Source: the human T2T-CHM13v2.0 reference genome, Homo sapiens
NCBI RefSeq assembly: GCF_009914755.1
Contig: NC_060928.1
Reading direction: 5' to 3' (one strand)
DNA length: 64,000 bases
This document shows, in pieces, positions 28,650 through 41,296 of the stretch. Position numbers and translations under genes: made by a program. Numbering within the stretch: the stretch's first letter is position 1; the number at the start of each line of letters is the position of its first letter. Below the pieces are notes generated by a model. It was not told where the DNA came from. It saw nothing but the letters and a program-made list of their open reading frames with translations, and did no database searches.

Positions 28650-29827
28650 CTAGTTGACTCTTGCTGTTAACTTCCTGAGTAAATCCTGAAAACCAATAAA
28701 CAATAGTCGGTTTTGCCTTTGGCAAAAACAAACCAAAGATTAATTAACTGGCATGATATACTGGAAACAGATACTCAAGAAGCACACTGAATTCCCTCTG
28801 AATGATATAGAGGGATTACAAAAATTAAATAGAGTTTGAAAATGATTTATGTTTAGACAGTGTTGCCTAAAGGCAGGAAGAGCTTTCCTAAAAGATAAAT
28901 TTCCCTAAAATTCTTTTTGCTTCTATGGATTATTGCCTTATAAAAACATTAGCATCCTTTGTAGAACATTTTCTGTTTGTACTTTGCCAAGAATTCTAAG
29001 CAAGGTTGTTAAGTCTGCCGCATCATTTTGCAGCAAGTTGATATTCATAATTCTCACTCACGTTTCAACTGCATATAGGGAAACAAATTACCCTTTTTCA
29101 GAATGTCATATTCTGAAGGATTGGAATCCTTCTTAACACAGCAAAATTAAAGACAATTCCTTTTTGTCCATCTTGGTTCAATAAATAGAAGACCTGACTA
29201 GAAATCTGGAAAGCTTATGTTATTGATATAATCCATAATTAATTTTCGTGAAATCTCGTCAGGGCAAAAGTGTTCATATATGCAATACACAGTCATGTAA
29301 AATTCTTGTTCAATACTTTTAAAATCAATACTGAGTGAGTTTTTGATTGATTGAATGTGTCAACAATTATGTGGCAATATGTATAAGCATGTAGGTATGG
29401 ATGTGTGTGTTTGTGTGTGTGTATTTGCATAATTAAGGTGAGAATACAAGTCAAGAGTACCTACTGCATTAAAATATTTGCTATTTTTATATAACCCATG
29501 ACTTTATGATTATTTGAAAAACCTGAAAATGAATTGGACAATATATGCAAATTATCATGCCCTTCTTGAAGAAAATATATAAAAAGCTTGGAATTAATGA
29601 TTCTAAAACCTATGTTTTCTACATAGCACACATTTTAGTGCTAAAATGTATTTATTATGACAGAACATAACTGTCCCAATGAAAGAGTACATCTTTAAAA
29701 CATAAATCAAATGCTAAATACCTGTGATAAACATTCAGGAATACCCAAGGTAAATTTTCTAAATTGAGTGGAAAACAATTAGCTAGCATATCTATTATAA
29801 AACTTTACTGTTGAAAACAATGCAAAC

Positions 29828-30026
29828 TTAGCAATTCAAGGGAAAAAGATTGTTAACCACCAACTCAGAAGTAGTTCCATTTAGAAACTTGGGGAAAACT
29901 ACACATATGTAGTCAATTAAACTATCATTAGAAATTCAAGGGAAAAATATTGTTAGCCACTAAGTTGGAAGTAGTTTCATATAGAAACTTGGGAAAAACT
30001 ACACATAGGTAGTGAATTAACGTGTC
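29828..30026 (+). repeat. Two-copy tandem duplication, 100-bp period
   Basis: TTAG(C/A)AATTCAAGGGAAAAA...GAAGTAGTT...TAGAAACTTGGG...AAAAACTACACATA...AATTAA starts at 29828 and 29928; roughly 85% identical by eye. Confidence 0.93.
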
Positions 30027-31347
30027 AATCAATGTGCATGTGTTAGATATATTCTATGTCATTATGTACCTTCTAAAACCATGGTAGCTTTATAAAATGC
30101 CAATTCCCAAGCCAATCTCACATCTACTAAGTCAACATGAGTAGGTAGAGGTTGGCAGTATCTCTGTTGATGTTACTTACTGCAATGTGTGAGATATTCT
30201 GGTACAAACTGGCCCAACTAGAACAGAAGGTTAGAATATTAGTCAGCCACTATGGTAATTCCAATCTAATAACTTTGAAATAAGGCCCTGATATACATAC
30301 TTTTAATAAATAATGATCAGAAACATTTGAGAAATATTCTCCTAGTCTCCATAATGGGATAGGCAAAATTATCAATAGGAGAGGAGAAAGATAAATTATC
30401 TTTTTACTCATTTTTATCTCAACTTTCTAAATTTCTCTTTGATAGATATTGTATAATTCTATTTTGTAGATATTGTATAACAATTGTAATGGAAGAGTGG
30501 CACATGTATATACTTTATAAATAAGTGTATATGTGCTTTACGTATACATGTAAACATTTGTCACAATACACAAAATTGTATTATATTTATATCACACAGA
30601 CATATACATTCACACATGCACACATACAATGTTCAGAGTATGCCCTCAGAAAGTTTATACTAAATGGCTCAAAACATTTGGTCACACCTCTTTAAGAGGT
30701 AGTAAGGTTTGGTCTAGAAACTATAGAAATAGAGAAAAAATTAAATAAATAGTTTTTTTTATAAGCTTACAGTGAAGGGTCAGATGCATGTATTTCATTC
30801 CTGTGTAGCCTCATTTAGAAAGAAAGTCATGTATTCATAGAGTACTTATATATTGTATAATATATATTTTGTTTTGTTTCTCCCTAGTTAATTCCTTTTA
30901 ATTAGAAATTATAGCTACGTTAGCTATTCTTAGTATAAACTCAATGTACTTGAAAAACATTCAGAGAAGCTATCAGCTAGTAGGAATAATCCAGACACAA
31001 AGCATGGAAGAATCTGTCTAGCCTGGCTGTCTGTTTGGAGGTTCAATTTTTCTAATAAGCCTGTGTTAGCCTAGATGCATGTTAAAATGAAACAATACAC
31101 AATATTATATTTAGGAAAATTTGGCTTACTCAGTAATCCTAGGGGAGAGGCCTGAAAAGCTTCACGTTAACATCTTCCAGATGTAATACTGACAAATAAT
31201 CACATTTTAGAATCATTGATGTGATGCACTCTGGTTAGCAGCTCCAGTCACTGAACAGAATGCCATCACCATCTAGTGTAAAACCTTGGGCAAGATCATT
31301 AGGTCTGAGGTTCTAAGCTTACCTATAAAACAAGGATGTTGACCTTC

Positions 31348-31570
31348 AGACATGTCTCAACATTTAATTAGGTTGTAAAACCAATTTGTTTATCGTGACA
31401 GATGTTTAAAACTAAGTTATAAAGAACATATGACAGGGCTTCACATATTAAAAAGATAAACACTGCATCATGAAACTGTTTTGTGAATGTGTGTATATGA
31501 GTACACTGGGACATGATGTAAAATATATTTTTAAGAGTGATTTATGGTCAAAATTATGAAAAAAACTGGA
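31348..31570. mobile_element. hAT-Charlie-type MITE
   Basis: ...ACTGGGACATGATGTAAAATATATTT...GGTCAAAATTATGAAAAAAACTG terminal pattern. Confidence 0.45.
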
Positions 31571-32121
31571 CTAGATTTCTAAAATTCTTTCCATTTGAAA
31601 AATGTTTAAAATATCATATTTCTCATGTTGAGCTAGGGACTTCAAGTACAATATCAACAGAGTATTTAAGAAATAAACCAACCTACATATCGTTTGATAT
31701 GATATGAATTAAATAAATCAAGTAGAAACATCCAAAACTTAGGATTATTTAAATAAAATCACCCAATTGAGAAGCAGTGCATTTCTTGATGTTAGAAAAA
31801 AACAAAAAGTAGGGAATAAATAGCATTCATTTTAATAGTAAATGATATATTAACATTAAATAATATATAATACATTATATATATTAAACTAAAATAACTT
31901 TTTTAAAAAGGAACATGCAGATAAAAATATTAAAAATACTCAGAAAAAGATGGAAATATCTACTTCTAGGTGACATTAGCATATGAAAAAAATCGGCAAC
32001 AATTCAAATGCTATAATACCAGAAAGCAAATCAATAGACAAAAAGTCAAGAAATACATACATACACACAAACACATTCTTGCACACATATAAAATTTAAC
32101 AAAGAAAATATAACTACAAAG

Positions 32122-32301
32122 ACGTGATTCTCAGCCATGGTTGTACATTGTTTTTCACCTAGGGAGCTTTCAAAAGGCCTGTTGCCTTGATCCCAATGCC
32201 AGAGATTCTAATGTAATTGCTCTAAGGTGTAGCTTGGGCAGTGATATTTTTTGTAAGCTCCCAAAGTAATTATAAGATTCCACCAAAGTTGAGAAATATT
32301 G
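32122..32301. mobile_element. MER5-family hAT MITE
   Basis: GTGATTCTCAGCCATGG...CACCTAGGGAGCTT...CCAGAGATTCT...AAGCTCCC...CCAAAGTTGAGAAATATTG. Confidence 0.75.
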
Positions 32302-32612
32302 CTTGAGGAAATTCATTCCATTATTTACAATCACACACCAAAATTTGAAATTTGACAATAGACTTTCCATGTGTGTTAAATAAACTGAATCATATATTTT
32401 AATTCTTTTTTATTATTTTCTTCATGTCTTTGTCTTTCTTCAATTACTATTGACATTGTCAATTATAACTTCTAATCACAACTGAGATAAATGAGCATCA
32501 AAAAAATCCAACAATACTTTTTTACTTTGGTAAATGTTGAAGGAGCACAAAGCAAATCATGTAGTATATAAATACTACATATTTATGTTTCATAAATAAA
32601 ATAAAATCCTTT

Positions 32613-35600
32613 GGAGATGAGCCACGATGGCCTACTATATGGGGCCAGGAAGAGCTTTTCCCACAAAGAGAGACTGGGCCATCAATTAGACTGGCACACT
32701 CTGGGAAGATCATTGGTAGGAGGGCATTCATAGCAGAGAGAGGGAGTTTGCAGACCATGGGCTGCAAGGGGAGGAAGCTGGAAACCCTGCACAGGGTTGC
32801 AAAGCACCTGGACTCATTCCTGACCCTTGGTGGCTCCTAGGGAAGGGGGTTGGTGAAATAGGTTTGGAGTTGGCCACTTTAGCCACAGACCTCCAGGATC
32901 CCAGCTGTAGAAGGCCTTATGACCCCCATGGGCATATGAGCTGGCAGGGAGAACTGCCTGGAGAGTTGAGTGAGACAAGACCCCAGCCTGTGTGGAGCCC
33001 AGATGGTTTAGCATAGGAATGGCCACAGTGGAGCACAGCCATGAGTACCTGTAGTATTTCATTTTCGCCCTACTATAATGACACTGCCTGAGACTGGGTA
33101 ATTCATAAACAAAAGAGGTTTAATTGATTCACAGTTCCACATGGCTAAGGAGGCCCCAGGATACTTACTATCATGGTGAAAGGCAAAGGGGAAGCAAGGC
33201 ACATCTTGCATGGCTGCAGGAGAGAGAAAGTGGGGAAAGGCCACAAACTTATCTAATAATCAGTCTCCTGAGAACTCTATCACAAGAATAGCATGGGAGA
33301 AACTGCCCCCATGATTTAATCATCTTCCATCTGGTCCCTCCCCTGACACATGGGGATTACAATTTGAGATGAGATTTGGGTGGGGACACAGAACCAAACC
33401 ATATCATTCTTCTCCTGGCGCCTCCCAGATCTCATATCCTTCCCACATTTGAGAAACAATCATGCCTTCCCAACAATACCCCAAAGTCTTAAATCATTCT
33501 AGAATTAACTCAAAATTCCAAATCAACGTTTCATCTGAAACAGGAGAAGTCCCTTCCACCTATGAGCCTGTAAAATCAAAATCAAATTAGTTACTTCCAA
33601 GATACAGTGAGGGTACAGGCATTTGGTTAATGTTTACATTCCAAATAGGAGAAATTGGTCAAAACAAAGGAGCTATAGGCCCACTGCAAGTTTGAAATCC
33701 AGAAGGGCAGTCATTAAATCTTAAAGCTCCAAAATCTCCTTTGATTCCATGTCTCACATCCAGGGTATGCTGATGTTAGGGGTAAGCTACCATGGCCTTG
33801 AGCAGCTCTCCCCTTGTAGCTCTTCAGGGTACAGCTCCTGTGGCTGCTTTTAGGGTCTGGTGTTGTGTGTTTGCAGCTTTTCCAGGCACTTGGTGAAGCT
33901 GTTGGTGGATCTGCCTTTCTGTCATCTGGAGGACCATGATCCTCTTCTCACAGCTCTATTAGACAGAGCCCCTGTAGGGACACTTTGTTGGGGTACAATC
34001 CCACATTTCCCTTCTGCACTGCCTTAGCAGAGGTTCTTCATGAGGGCTCCGCCCCTGCAACAGACTTCTGCCTGGACATCCAGGTGTTTCCACACATCTT
34101 CTGAAATCTAGGCAGAAGTTCCCAAACCTCAGTTCTTGACTTCTGTGCATGTGCAGGCCCAATACCATATAGAAGTTGCCTGGGTTTGGGACCTGCACCC
34201 TTTGCAGCAATGGCCTAAGCTGTAAGCTTTTAGCCATAGCTTGAGCTGGCGTGACTGAAACATGTGGCACCAAGTTCTGAGGCTGCACATAGGAGTGGGA
34301 CCCTGGGCCCAGCCCATGAAATGATTTTTCCCTCCTGGGCTTCCAGGCCTATGATGTGGAGGGCTGCTATGAAGATGTCTGAAATGCCCTGGAGACATTT
34401 TCATCATTGTCTTGGTGATTAACATTTGGCTCCTAGTTAGTTACGCAAATTTCTGCAGCTGACCTTGAATTCTTCCCCAGAAAATGGGTTTTTCTTTCCT
34501 ACCACATGGTAAGACTGCAAATTTTCCAAACCTTTATGCTCTGCTTTCCTTTTAAGCATAAGTTCCAAAGTCAAATCATCTCTTTGTAAATACATATACC
34601 TGAATGCTTTCGGAATAAGCCAGGTCACATCTTGAATGCTGTGCTCCTTAGAAATTTTATTCACCAGATACCCTAAATCATCTCTCTCAGCTTCAAAGTT
34701 CCATAGACCTTTAGGGCACGGGCAAAATGCTGCCAGGCTTTTTGCTAAAGGATAGCATGAGTGAACTTTACTCCATTTCTCAATAAGTTCCTCATCTCTA
34801 TCTGAGACCACCTCAGCCTGGACTTCATTGTCCATATCACTATCAGCCTGGACTTCATTGTCCATATCACAAAACCAATCAACACGTCCCTAGGAAGTTC
34901 CAAACTTTCCCATATCTTCCTGTCTTCTTCTGAGCCCTCCAAATTGTTCCAACCTCTGCCTGTTACCCACTTCAAAAGTCACTTTCACATTTTCAAGTTA
35001 TCTTAATAGCAGTACCCCACTCTTCTAGTACCAATTCTCTGTATTAGCCCATTCTCACCCTGCTGTAAAGATACTACCTGAGACTGGGTAATTTATGAAT
35101 TTATAAATTGACCTATAGTTCTGCATGGCTGGGGAGGCCTCAGGAAACTTACAACCATGGCGAAAGGGGAAAGGGAAGCAAGGCACTTTTTACATGGAAG
35201 CAGGAGGGAGAGACAGAGATCAAAGAAGAACCACAGACTTATCAAACAACCAGGATCTCCTGAGAACTCTAAGAGAACAACATGGAGGAAACCATGCCCA
35301 TGATCCGATCACCTCCCACCAGGCCCCTCCCTGACATGTGATTACAGAAGAGATTTGGGTGGAGACACAGAACTAAACCATATCAGTGACCATCTCCCAC
35401 AGCTTGCCATGCTCCAGTAGGTGGCTCTAGCCTTTGTTAGTTCTAAGACCTGGACAGGGCAAACTCTCTTGCCCATGGGACAGGGCCCATTTGATGTAAA
35501 TGCCACTCTGTTTTCCTGCCTCTGCCAGGGTCCCTACCTTGCTTTAACCACTTGCAGCACAGCCTTAGCTTTCCAGCAACTTCTGTCATAGCTCTTTCAC

Positions 35601-36187
35601 TGGCAGACCCTGTCTAATTGTAAGAGCACTTTTGCAGACAAAGTCCCACTAGCATGCACCCGGCCACAGCCTTCTCCTGTCTGTGTACCCACCTGCAGCC
35701 TTTCCTTGTCATTTTGCTACTGTGCGTACATAAGAGCATCTCCACAGTCTTGCCAGTCTGCATCCACACAGGGCCCACTGACTTGGCTTTCAGGACTTGG
35801 CCTCCTGAAAGCATCCAGAAATGAAGTCAATCAACTAAACCTAATTTATACCACAGTCAAACCCCTTAAGGGCATCAAAGAACATGAGAGCAAAAAGCCC
35901 CATCAAAAGACAGCAACTTTAAAGAGTAAAGGAACATTAGCCCACACGGTAGATTAGAAAGAACCAGCACAAGAACTCTGGTAACTCTACGAAGCAAAGT
36001 GTCTTCCTATCTCCAAATGATCACACTAGCTCCCCAGCAATGATTCTTAACCAGACTGAAATAGGGTAAATGACAGGCATGGAATTCAGAATCTAGTGGC
36101 AAGGAAGCTCATTGATATACACAAGAAGTTTGAAAGATAATCCAAGGAATACAGTAAAATGGTCTAAGAGTTGAAAGAATGTAGCCA
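32613..36187 (+). mobile_element. Old primate L1 (L1PA15/16 or L1P4-like) 5'UTR plus ORF1 start, interrupted by a MaLR provirus and 3'-truncated
   Basis: GC-richer 5'UTR at 32613-33049 and 35386 onward, then GAAAGAACCAGCACAAGAACTCTGG...CACACTAGCTCCCCAGCAATG...GAATTCAGAATCT...ATCCAAGGAA (ORF1 N-terminus), ending abruptly at ~36187. Confidence 0.75.
33050..35385 (-). mobile_element. Full-length THE1D/MSTA-type MaLR provirus (LTR 33050-33406, internal 33407-35039, LTR 35040-35385)
   Basis: Two homologous LTRs ending AAACCATATCA, bracketing a THE1/MST internal sequence; degenerate TSD GTACC/GTGAC. Confidence 0.93.
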
Positions 36188-36497
36188 TTACTTTCTTCTC
36201 TTATTTTCTTCAACAATTACTTTATTTCTTAATCTCACATATTGATTGAATGTACATGGATTGATACTGCAATTATATATATAATATCTGCTCTTAAGAA
36301 CTTATCCTCTAGTCTGGGGCATAAACAAAAACATAAACAAATAATGGCAGAAGCTACAAAAGGTAAAAATAAATATAATACAGTAATTTTATGCTTTATC
36401 TCCTTTACTTTTGATTTCTCAACTACTATTACTATACAATAAAAATTAAAAATATGATGTATTGAGGCACTGGGAGGTCACTGAAGGTGTATTAATG

Positions 36498-36951
36498 TGT
36501 AGTGGGTTGAATTGTGGTCTTCCAAAAAGTAGGATAACCAAGAATCTACAACTGTGACCTTATTTTGTAGAAAAGATCTTTCCAAATATAATTAATAATT
36601 TCAAGATGAGGACACCCTAATGATGAGGTCATTTAGGGTGGCCCAAAGTACAGTGGAAGGCATCAGAGAAAGGAAAAAGGAGATTTGAGACACAGACAGG
36701 CAGAGAAGAAGCCATGAGAAGACAAAGGCAGAGATTGGAATTCTGCAATCACAGCACAAGAAACCCCTAGAGACACTGGAAACTGGAATAGGCAAGGAAG
36801 GATTCTCGCTTAGAGCCTTCAGAGGGAGGTAGGTACTGCTGGCACCTTCATTCATACTTCGGGCCCTCAGAACTATGAACAAATAAATTTCCATGTTTTA
36901 AGCTACCAAGATTGTAGTAATTTGTTATGGAAGGCCTAGGAATTTAATACA
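36498..36951 (+). mobile_element. MLT1B/C-type solo LTR
   Basis: TGTAGTGGGTTGAATTGTGG...GGCAGAGATTGGA...TAGAGCCTTCAGAGGGAG...AATAAATTTC...TTTGTTATGG...TAATACA. Confidence 0.88.
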
Positions 36952-38662
36952 GAGTGACATGCCCTGGCTTTGATTTCCATTTTTTTAAAGATTATGAAAA
37001 GATTAGTATGGAATTGTGAAGACCAGGTGGTGGATATTTTCATTACTCAATGAGAAATAGTTCCAGTTTGGACTAATGTTTGAGTTGATCTGGAAGCCAC
37101 GGATGCAGAGTAGATGTGGATTACATGAGAGAGATGAAAAAAAGGGAGAGATCAATACGACTCTCAGAATGTTTGTTGGAACAGTTGGTGGATGTTGATG
37201 CTATTTAACTATGCATGGAAGAGAGGAAGAATATTTGGGGAGAGGGTAGTTTTATTCAAATATGAAGTAGGGAAGGCATGAGAAAGAAGAGAAGAGAAAA
37301 AATGATGATGAATTTTGGTAAGAGAAATCTCTATATTCAGATTCATGTATATACGCACATGTGTGTATGTATATACATGGCATACATATATACATGGTAT
37401 ACATACGTATATAATATATAAATGTTCTGAGCCACTATTTAAACTACATGTTTTCATGTGAATAACTGTTCCAAAAACTTGAAAGTCACTCTTTTAAGGG
37501 ATAAAAACATTAATATCAAATGGTGCTTGCTTGCAGGGACTTATAAGTTGTTTGGAGAGTGAGAAAAAATGAAGCAACAAGCACAAAGAGAAAGATTTAC
37601 CTGGCATTGATGAAACAGAGGGGAGGGAGAAACTCATCTTTACTGGTGATGGAGTAGTAGAAAGATCAGTAAGGTTCAGGGTTTTAAGTCAGCAACATGG
37701 ATAGAAATGTGGCATATGATCAAGGGAGAGGAGAATGCTTTGCAAACATTATATGCAAAACCAATGAGGTAGGAAATTGTGTGCTATGTTGGAAATACTT
37801 TAGTAATAAGTAGTAGTAGCAGATATACATAGGAGAGTTGATGGAAAAAGGTGTGGCCCACATGCAGGCAATAAATAGGATCTGAAGTTTCTACTATATC
37901 ACGAAAGATTCTGGCTTGTATCTTTCAAATTTAGGAAGCTACTGAAGGATTTTAAAAATAGGGAGTTCATGACTTCAGTAGATTTTGGGGAATATTATTC
38001 TGGCTGTGTGAGATAGCACAGAGGAGCTACATCTGCACAGAGTGTGTATTGACAGTAACTGTCCTGCTCCCTGGAAGAATCTAAGAGTAAATGTTGTCCT
38101 CAATTAGCATGAAAAATATGTTAATTCTCTATTTGTTACTGCTTCATTTGTTTGAGACAAATATATTTATAATAACTGAGGATAGGAGCAAAGCCCTATG
38201 ACTCTCTTCTAAAGTTAACAGCAATGCCCTGTGACTCTCTTCTGTTGCCATACTTCACAATATTAAATATTTATACTAGTAGGAGTCCTGAGAACATTTT
38301 CAGTATTAAAGGATAGGATAATATGCTTTCATTTGTTACATTGTATGGTCGAGACAGGGCTCATCAAATAAGAGAAAATGAATTCCAATGCTAGCTGCCT
38401 TTCTATCAAGTGAGTTTTCAATATAATTCTGTTCCCAGTCTAGGATTGGGGGTAATTGTGTTTTGGAGACACTCTTCATAAAACCTTATTTTATCTTTAG
38501 ACAATGACTTAGCATAGAAGGGTAAGGGAAGGAGGGCTTTAAACTTGAAGAGAAAATGATTAAGTGCATCTAAATCCTATCTCTAAAATAAAGTTCCTCC
38601 TTCTCCCTCTCTCTGTCTTTCTCTCTCTCTTGATAATTAGGATAGTGGAATATATCACAGGG

Positions 38663-39018
38663 TGATATAGTTTGGCCGTGTCCTCACCAAATCTCAACTT
38701 GAATTGTGTCTCCCAGAATTCCCACGGGTTGTGGGAGGGACCCAGGGGGAGGCAATTGAATCATGGGGGCTGGTCTTTTCCTGTGCTATTCTTGTGATAG
38801 TGAATAAGTCTCACAAGTTCTGATGGTTTATCAGGGGTTTCCCGCTTTTGCTTCTTCCTCATTCTTCTCTGGCTGCTGCCATATAAGAAGTGCCTTTCAC
38901 CTCCTGCCATGATTCTGAGGCCTCCCCATCCCTGTGGAACTGTTAAGTTTAATTAAACCTCTTTTTCTTCCCAGTCTTGGGTATGTCTTTATCAGCAACG
39001 TGAAAATAGACTAATACA
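38663..39018 (+). mobile_element. THE1A solo LTR
   Basis: TGATATAGTTTGG...CCCAGAATTCCCAC...GGTTTATCAGGGGTTTCC...GACTAATACA; perfect TSD CAGGG/CAGGG. Confidence 0.95.
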
Positions 39019-39169
39019 CAGGGTATAGCAAAACAGTCCCCTCTTAAAGATTTTAAAACATTATTTTTCAAAAAAATGCAAAAATATTCAATATTTTTGC
39101 AAATATAATTTAATAACATTTTTCATTTGTGCCTTACTTATAATTTATTCATATATTCTTCTTCAGAAT

Positions 39170-39930
39170 AAAAGTTATTTGTTGCAAGTAACCCAAACCC
39201 CAGGACTTAAATAATTTAAAAGAAACTTATTGGATTATATGTCTAAAATATTGAGAGGTTGAAAAAAGCCTCAGAGAGTATATTCAGTGTGGTTGCTCAA
39301 ATCATGCTAATCTCTCTTAGTACTCTTTGGCTTATCTTCAGTTGGACTCTAATCACATAAAACATTCCCTTCTTGATCTTAAATTGTTTCTCTACGTCTC
39401 AGCTCTATATATTTTCTCATTCAATGAATGCTCCCACAGAGCCTCATTTCCCCTAACCATCAAAGAAAGTTTTCAACCTTTGGTCTGATTAGACCAATTT
39501 AGATCAGGTGTTCATCCCTGAGCCAATTGCTGGGGCTAGAAAAATGAAATTAGACCAGAGTTTTCAATATCTCTATTATTAACATTTGGGGCCAGATAAT
39601 TAGTTGATGTGGAGAGTTACTGTCCTCTGTGCTGTAGAATATGCTATAATATCTCTAGCCTTAATCACTAGAGGCCAGTAGCAATTTACAACCCCTTCCC
39701 ATTGGAAAAATGTCTCTAGGCATGCTGAATGTATCCTGGAGGGAAAAAAATTATCCTAGATGAGAGCCACAAGATAGTCTGATGGAGTTGCAGCTAAACT
39801 CTAAACAAGGAATGGAGTAGAATTTCCCTAAAATTGGATGCAGGGAAGAAAATGGTATAGATAGACAATATTTTTTATGAGAATAATTAAGAGAAAGGGG
39901 ACAGATACCAGTAACCAAATAGATAAATTA
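39170..39930 (-). mobile_element. Old MLT1 (K/L-like) LTR interrupted by MER20
   Basis: GTTGCAAGTAAC...TCTGATTAGACC...TAGATCAGGTGTTCATCCCTGAGCCAAT; boundaries approximate. Confidence 0.5.
39555..39772 (+). mobile_element. MER20 hAT MITE
   Basis: ACATTTGGGGCCAGATAATT...CTGTCCTCTGTGCTGTAG...CACTAGAGGCCAGTAGCA...AAAAATGTCTCTAG...TGAGAGCCAC. Confidence 0.75.
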
Positions 39931-40652
39931 TCTGCTAATTTTTTATTCATTAAAAATACATGTATTACAAACAATTGTATGTGTCATTATATGATAGGAA
40001 CTAGAGGAAAAGTGAAGAGTAAACTAAGTCTGTAATCTCCACATTAATGGAATATACAGTCACAATCACAGTCTACAATCGAAGTTATAGGTCAAGCTAC
40101 GTATTTTAAAATAAAGTTCATCACTATAGCTTTCTGAGCATAATTTTAGTATACTTCTTATCAGATTATATAGTCATTGATTTACTTGTTTCACCATTAA
40201 ATACATTGCAATTGGTTGAGAGTAGATATTATTTATTCCTGCTACATATCATCACTTCCTAGCACAAAGTAGGCTCTCATTATCTGTTTTATGAAACAAG
40301 AAAGCTTTTTTTCATTCAATAATTTTCATTCTCATTAATGTCAAGAATTCTTGATATAGAATCTTTATATCTGAATAATGTTTTGTTGCAAAATGTGATG
40401 ATATAAAGTAGTATATCCTATTTTATTTTCTTGTTTACAATTTGATTTTAAATACACTATGATAAAATATGGATGTAAAAGAATTATGAGCTCCGATATT
40501 GTTGCCTTAACCTGACTTAATAGATATTACCATGAAACTTAATTTGACACAGTCATAATTTATAATACCCAATAACCATGGCTTGTATATCACTTGTCTT
40601 GTGCATATTAAGGTTTGCTTTGGGGTGAAAGCATATCTCTGTGTATATATTT

Positions 40653-40703
40653 ACACACCCCCACACACACACACACACACACACAGAAAGAGAGTGAGAG
40701 AGA
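40653..40703. repeat. (CA)n-(GA)n compound microsatellite
   Basis: Direct reading of the sequence. Confidence 0.9.
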
Positions 40704-40793
40704 CTCTGTATCTCTAATTCTATACCCTGCTTTTGATTCCGTGCTTGTCCCTTGGAAGTCAGAATCTATCTCTTTTTGAGTCATCATCATCAT

Positions 40794-41153
40794 TGTCTTA
40801 GTCCTTTCAGGCTGCTATAACACAATACCATAGATTGAGTGGCTTATAAACAACAGAAATATATATTTTTTACAGTTCTAGGGACCAGAAAGTCCAAGAT
40901 TGAAGCATCAGCAGATCTGGTGTCTGGGGAGGGCCCAGTTTCTCACAGTTATCTTCTCACTCTGAGCTCACATGGCAGAAGGGGAGAGGAGTGTCCCTTG
41001 GTTTTCTTTTATAAGGGCACTAATTTGATTCATGGGGGGTCAGCTTTTATGATCTCATCAACTCTAAATGCCACACTTCTTAACACCATCATATTTGTGA
41101 TTATGTTTCAACATATGAATTTGGGGGAGACCCAAACTTTCAAACCCATAGTC
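40794..41153 (-). mobile_element. MLT1A/MLT1A0 solo LTR flanked by (CAT)n
   Basis: TGTCTTAGTCC...GGCTGCTATAACA...AAACAACAGAAAT...AAGTCCAAGAT...TATAAGGGCACTAAT...TTTCAACATATGAATTTGGGGG. Confidence 0.9.
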
Positions 41154-41154
41154 G

Positions 41155-41188
<34 letters not shown>
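41155..41188. repeat. (CAT)n trinucleotide repeat
   Basis: About 11 units; a shorter (CAT)4 lies on the other side of the LTR at 40782-40793. Confidence 0.93.
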
Positions 41189-41296
41189 TGCTACCAGGTA
41201 TCAAGTGTTATATGCTAATCAAGGTGCTAAATATATTACATAAAATTATTACTTTTAATTCTCACAACCATTTGAGATTTTTACCCTTCACATTAC

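Noticed and set aside
29828-30026. Direct repeats as a CRISPR-like array
   Set aside because: Only two abutting copies with no spacers, in a eukaryotic context with no cas genes.
33959-34975. Overlapping 76-142 aa ORFs, with similar peptides at 47016-48255 and 60987-62121, looking like a repeated gene family
   Set aside because: They are frameshifted remnants of the MaLR (THE1/MST) internal ORF shared by the three proviruses; none is intact.
38651-38669. TATATCACAGGGTGATATA hairpin and its similarity to ATATCACAGGGTG at 19812
   Set aside because: Both arise from an LTR terminus (TGATAT/ATATCA) next to a CAGGG target site; the match is short and probably coincidental.
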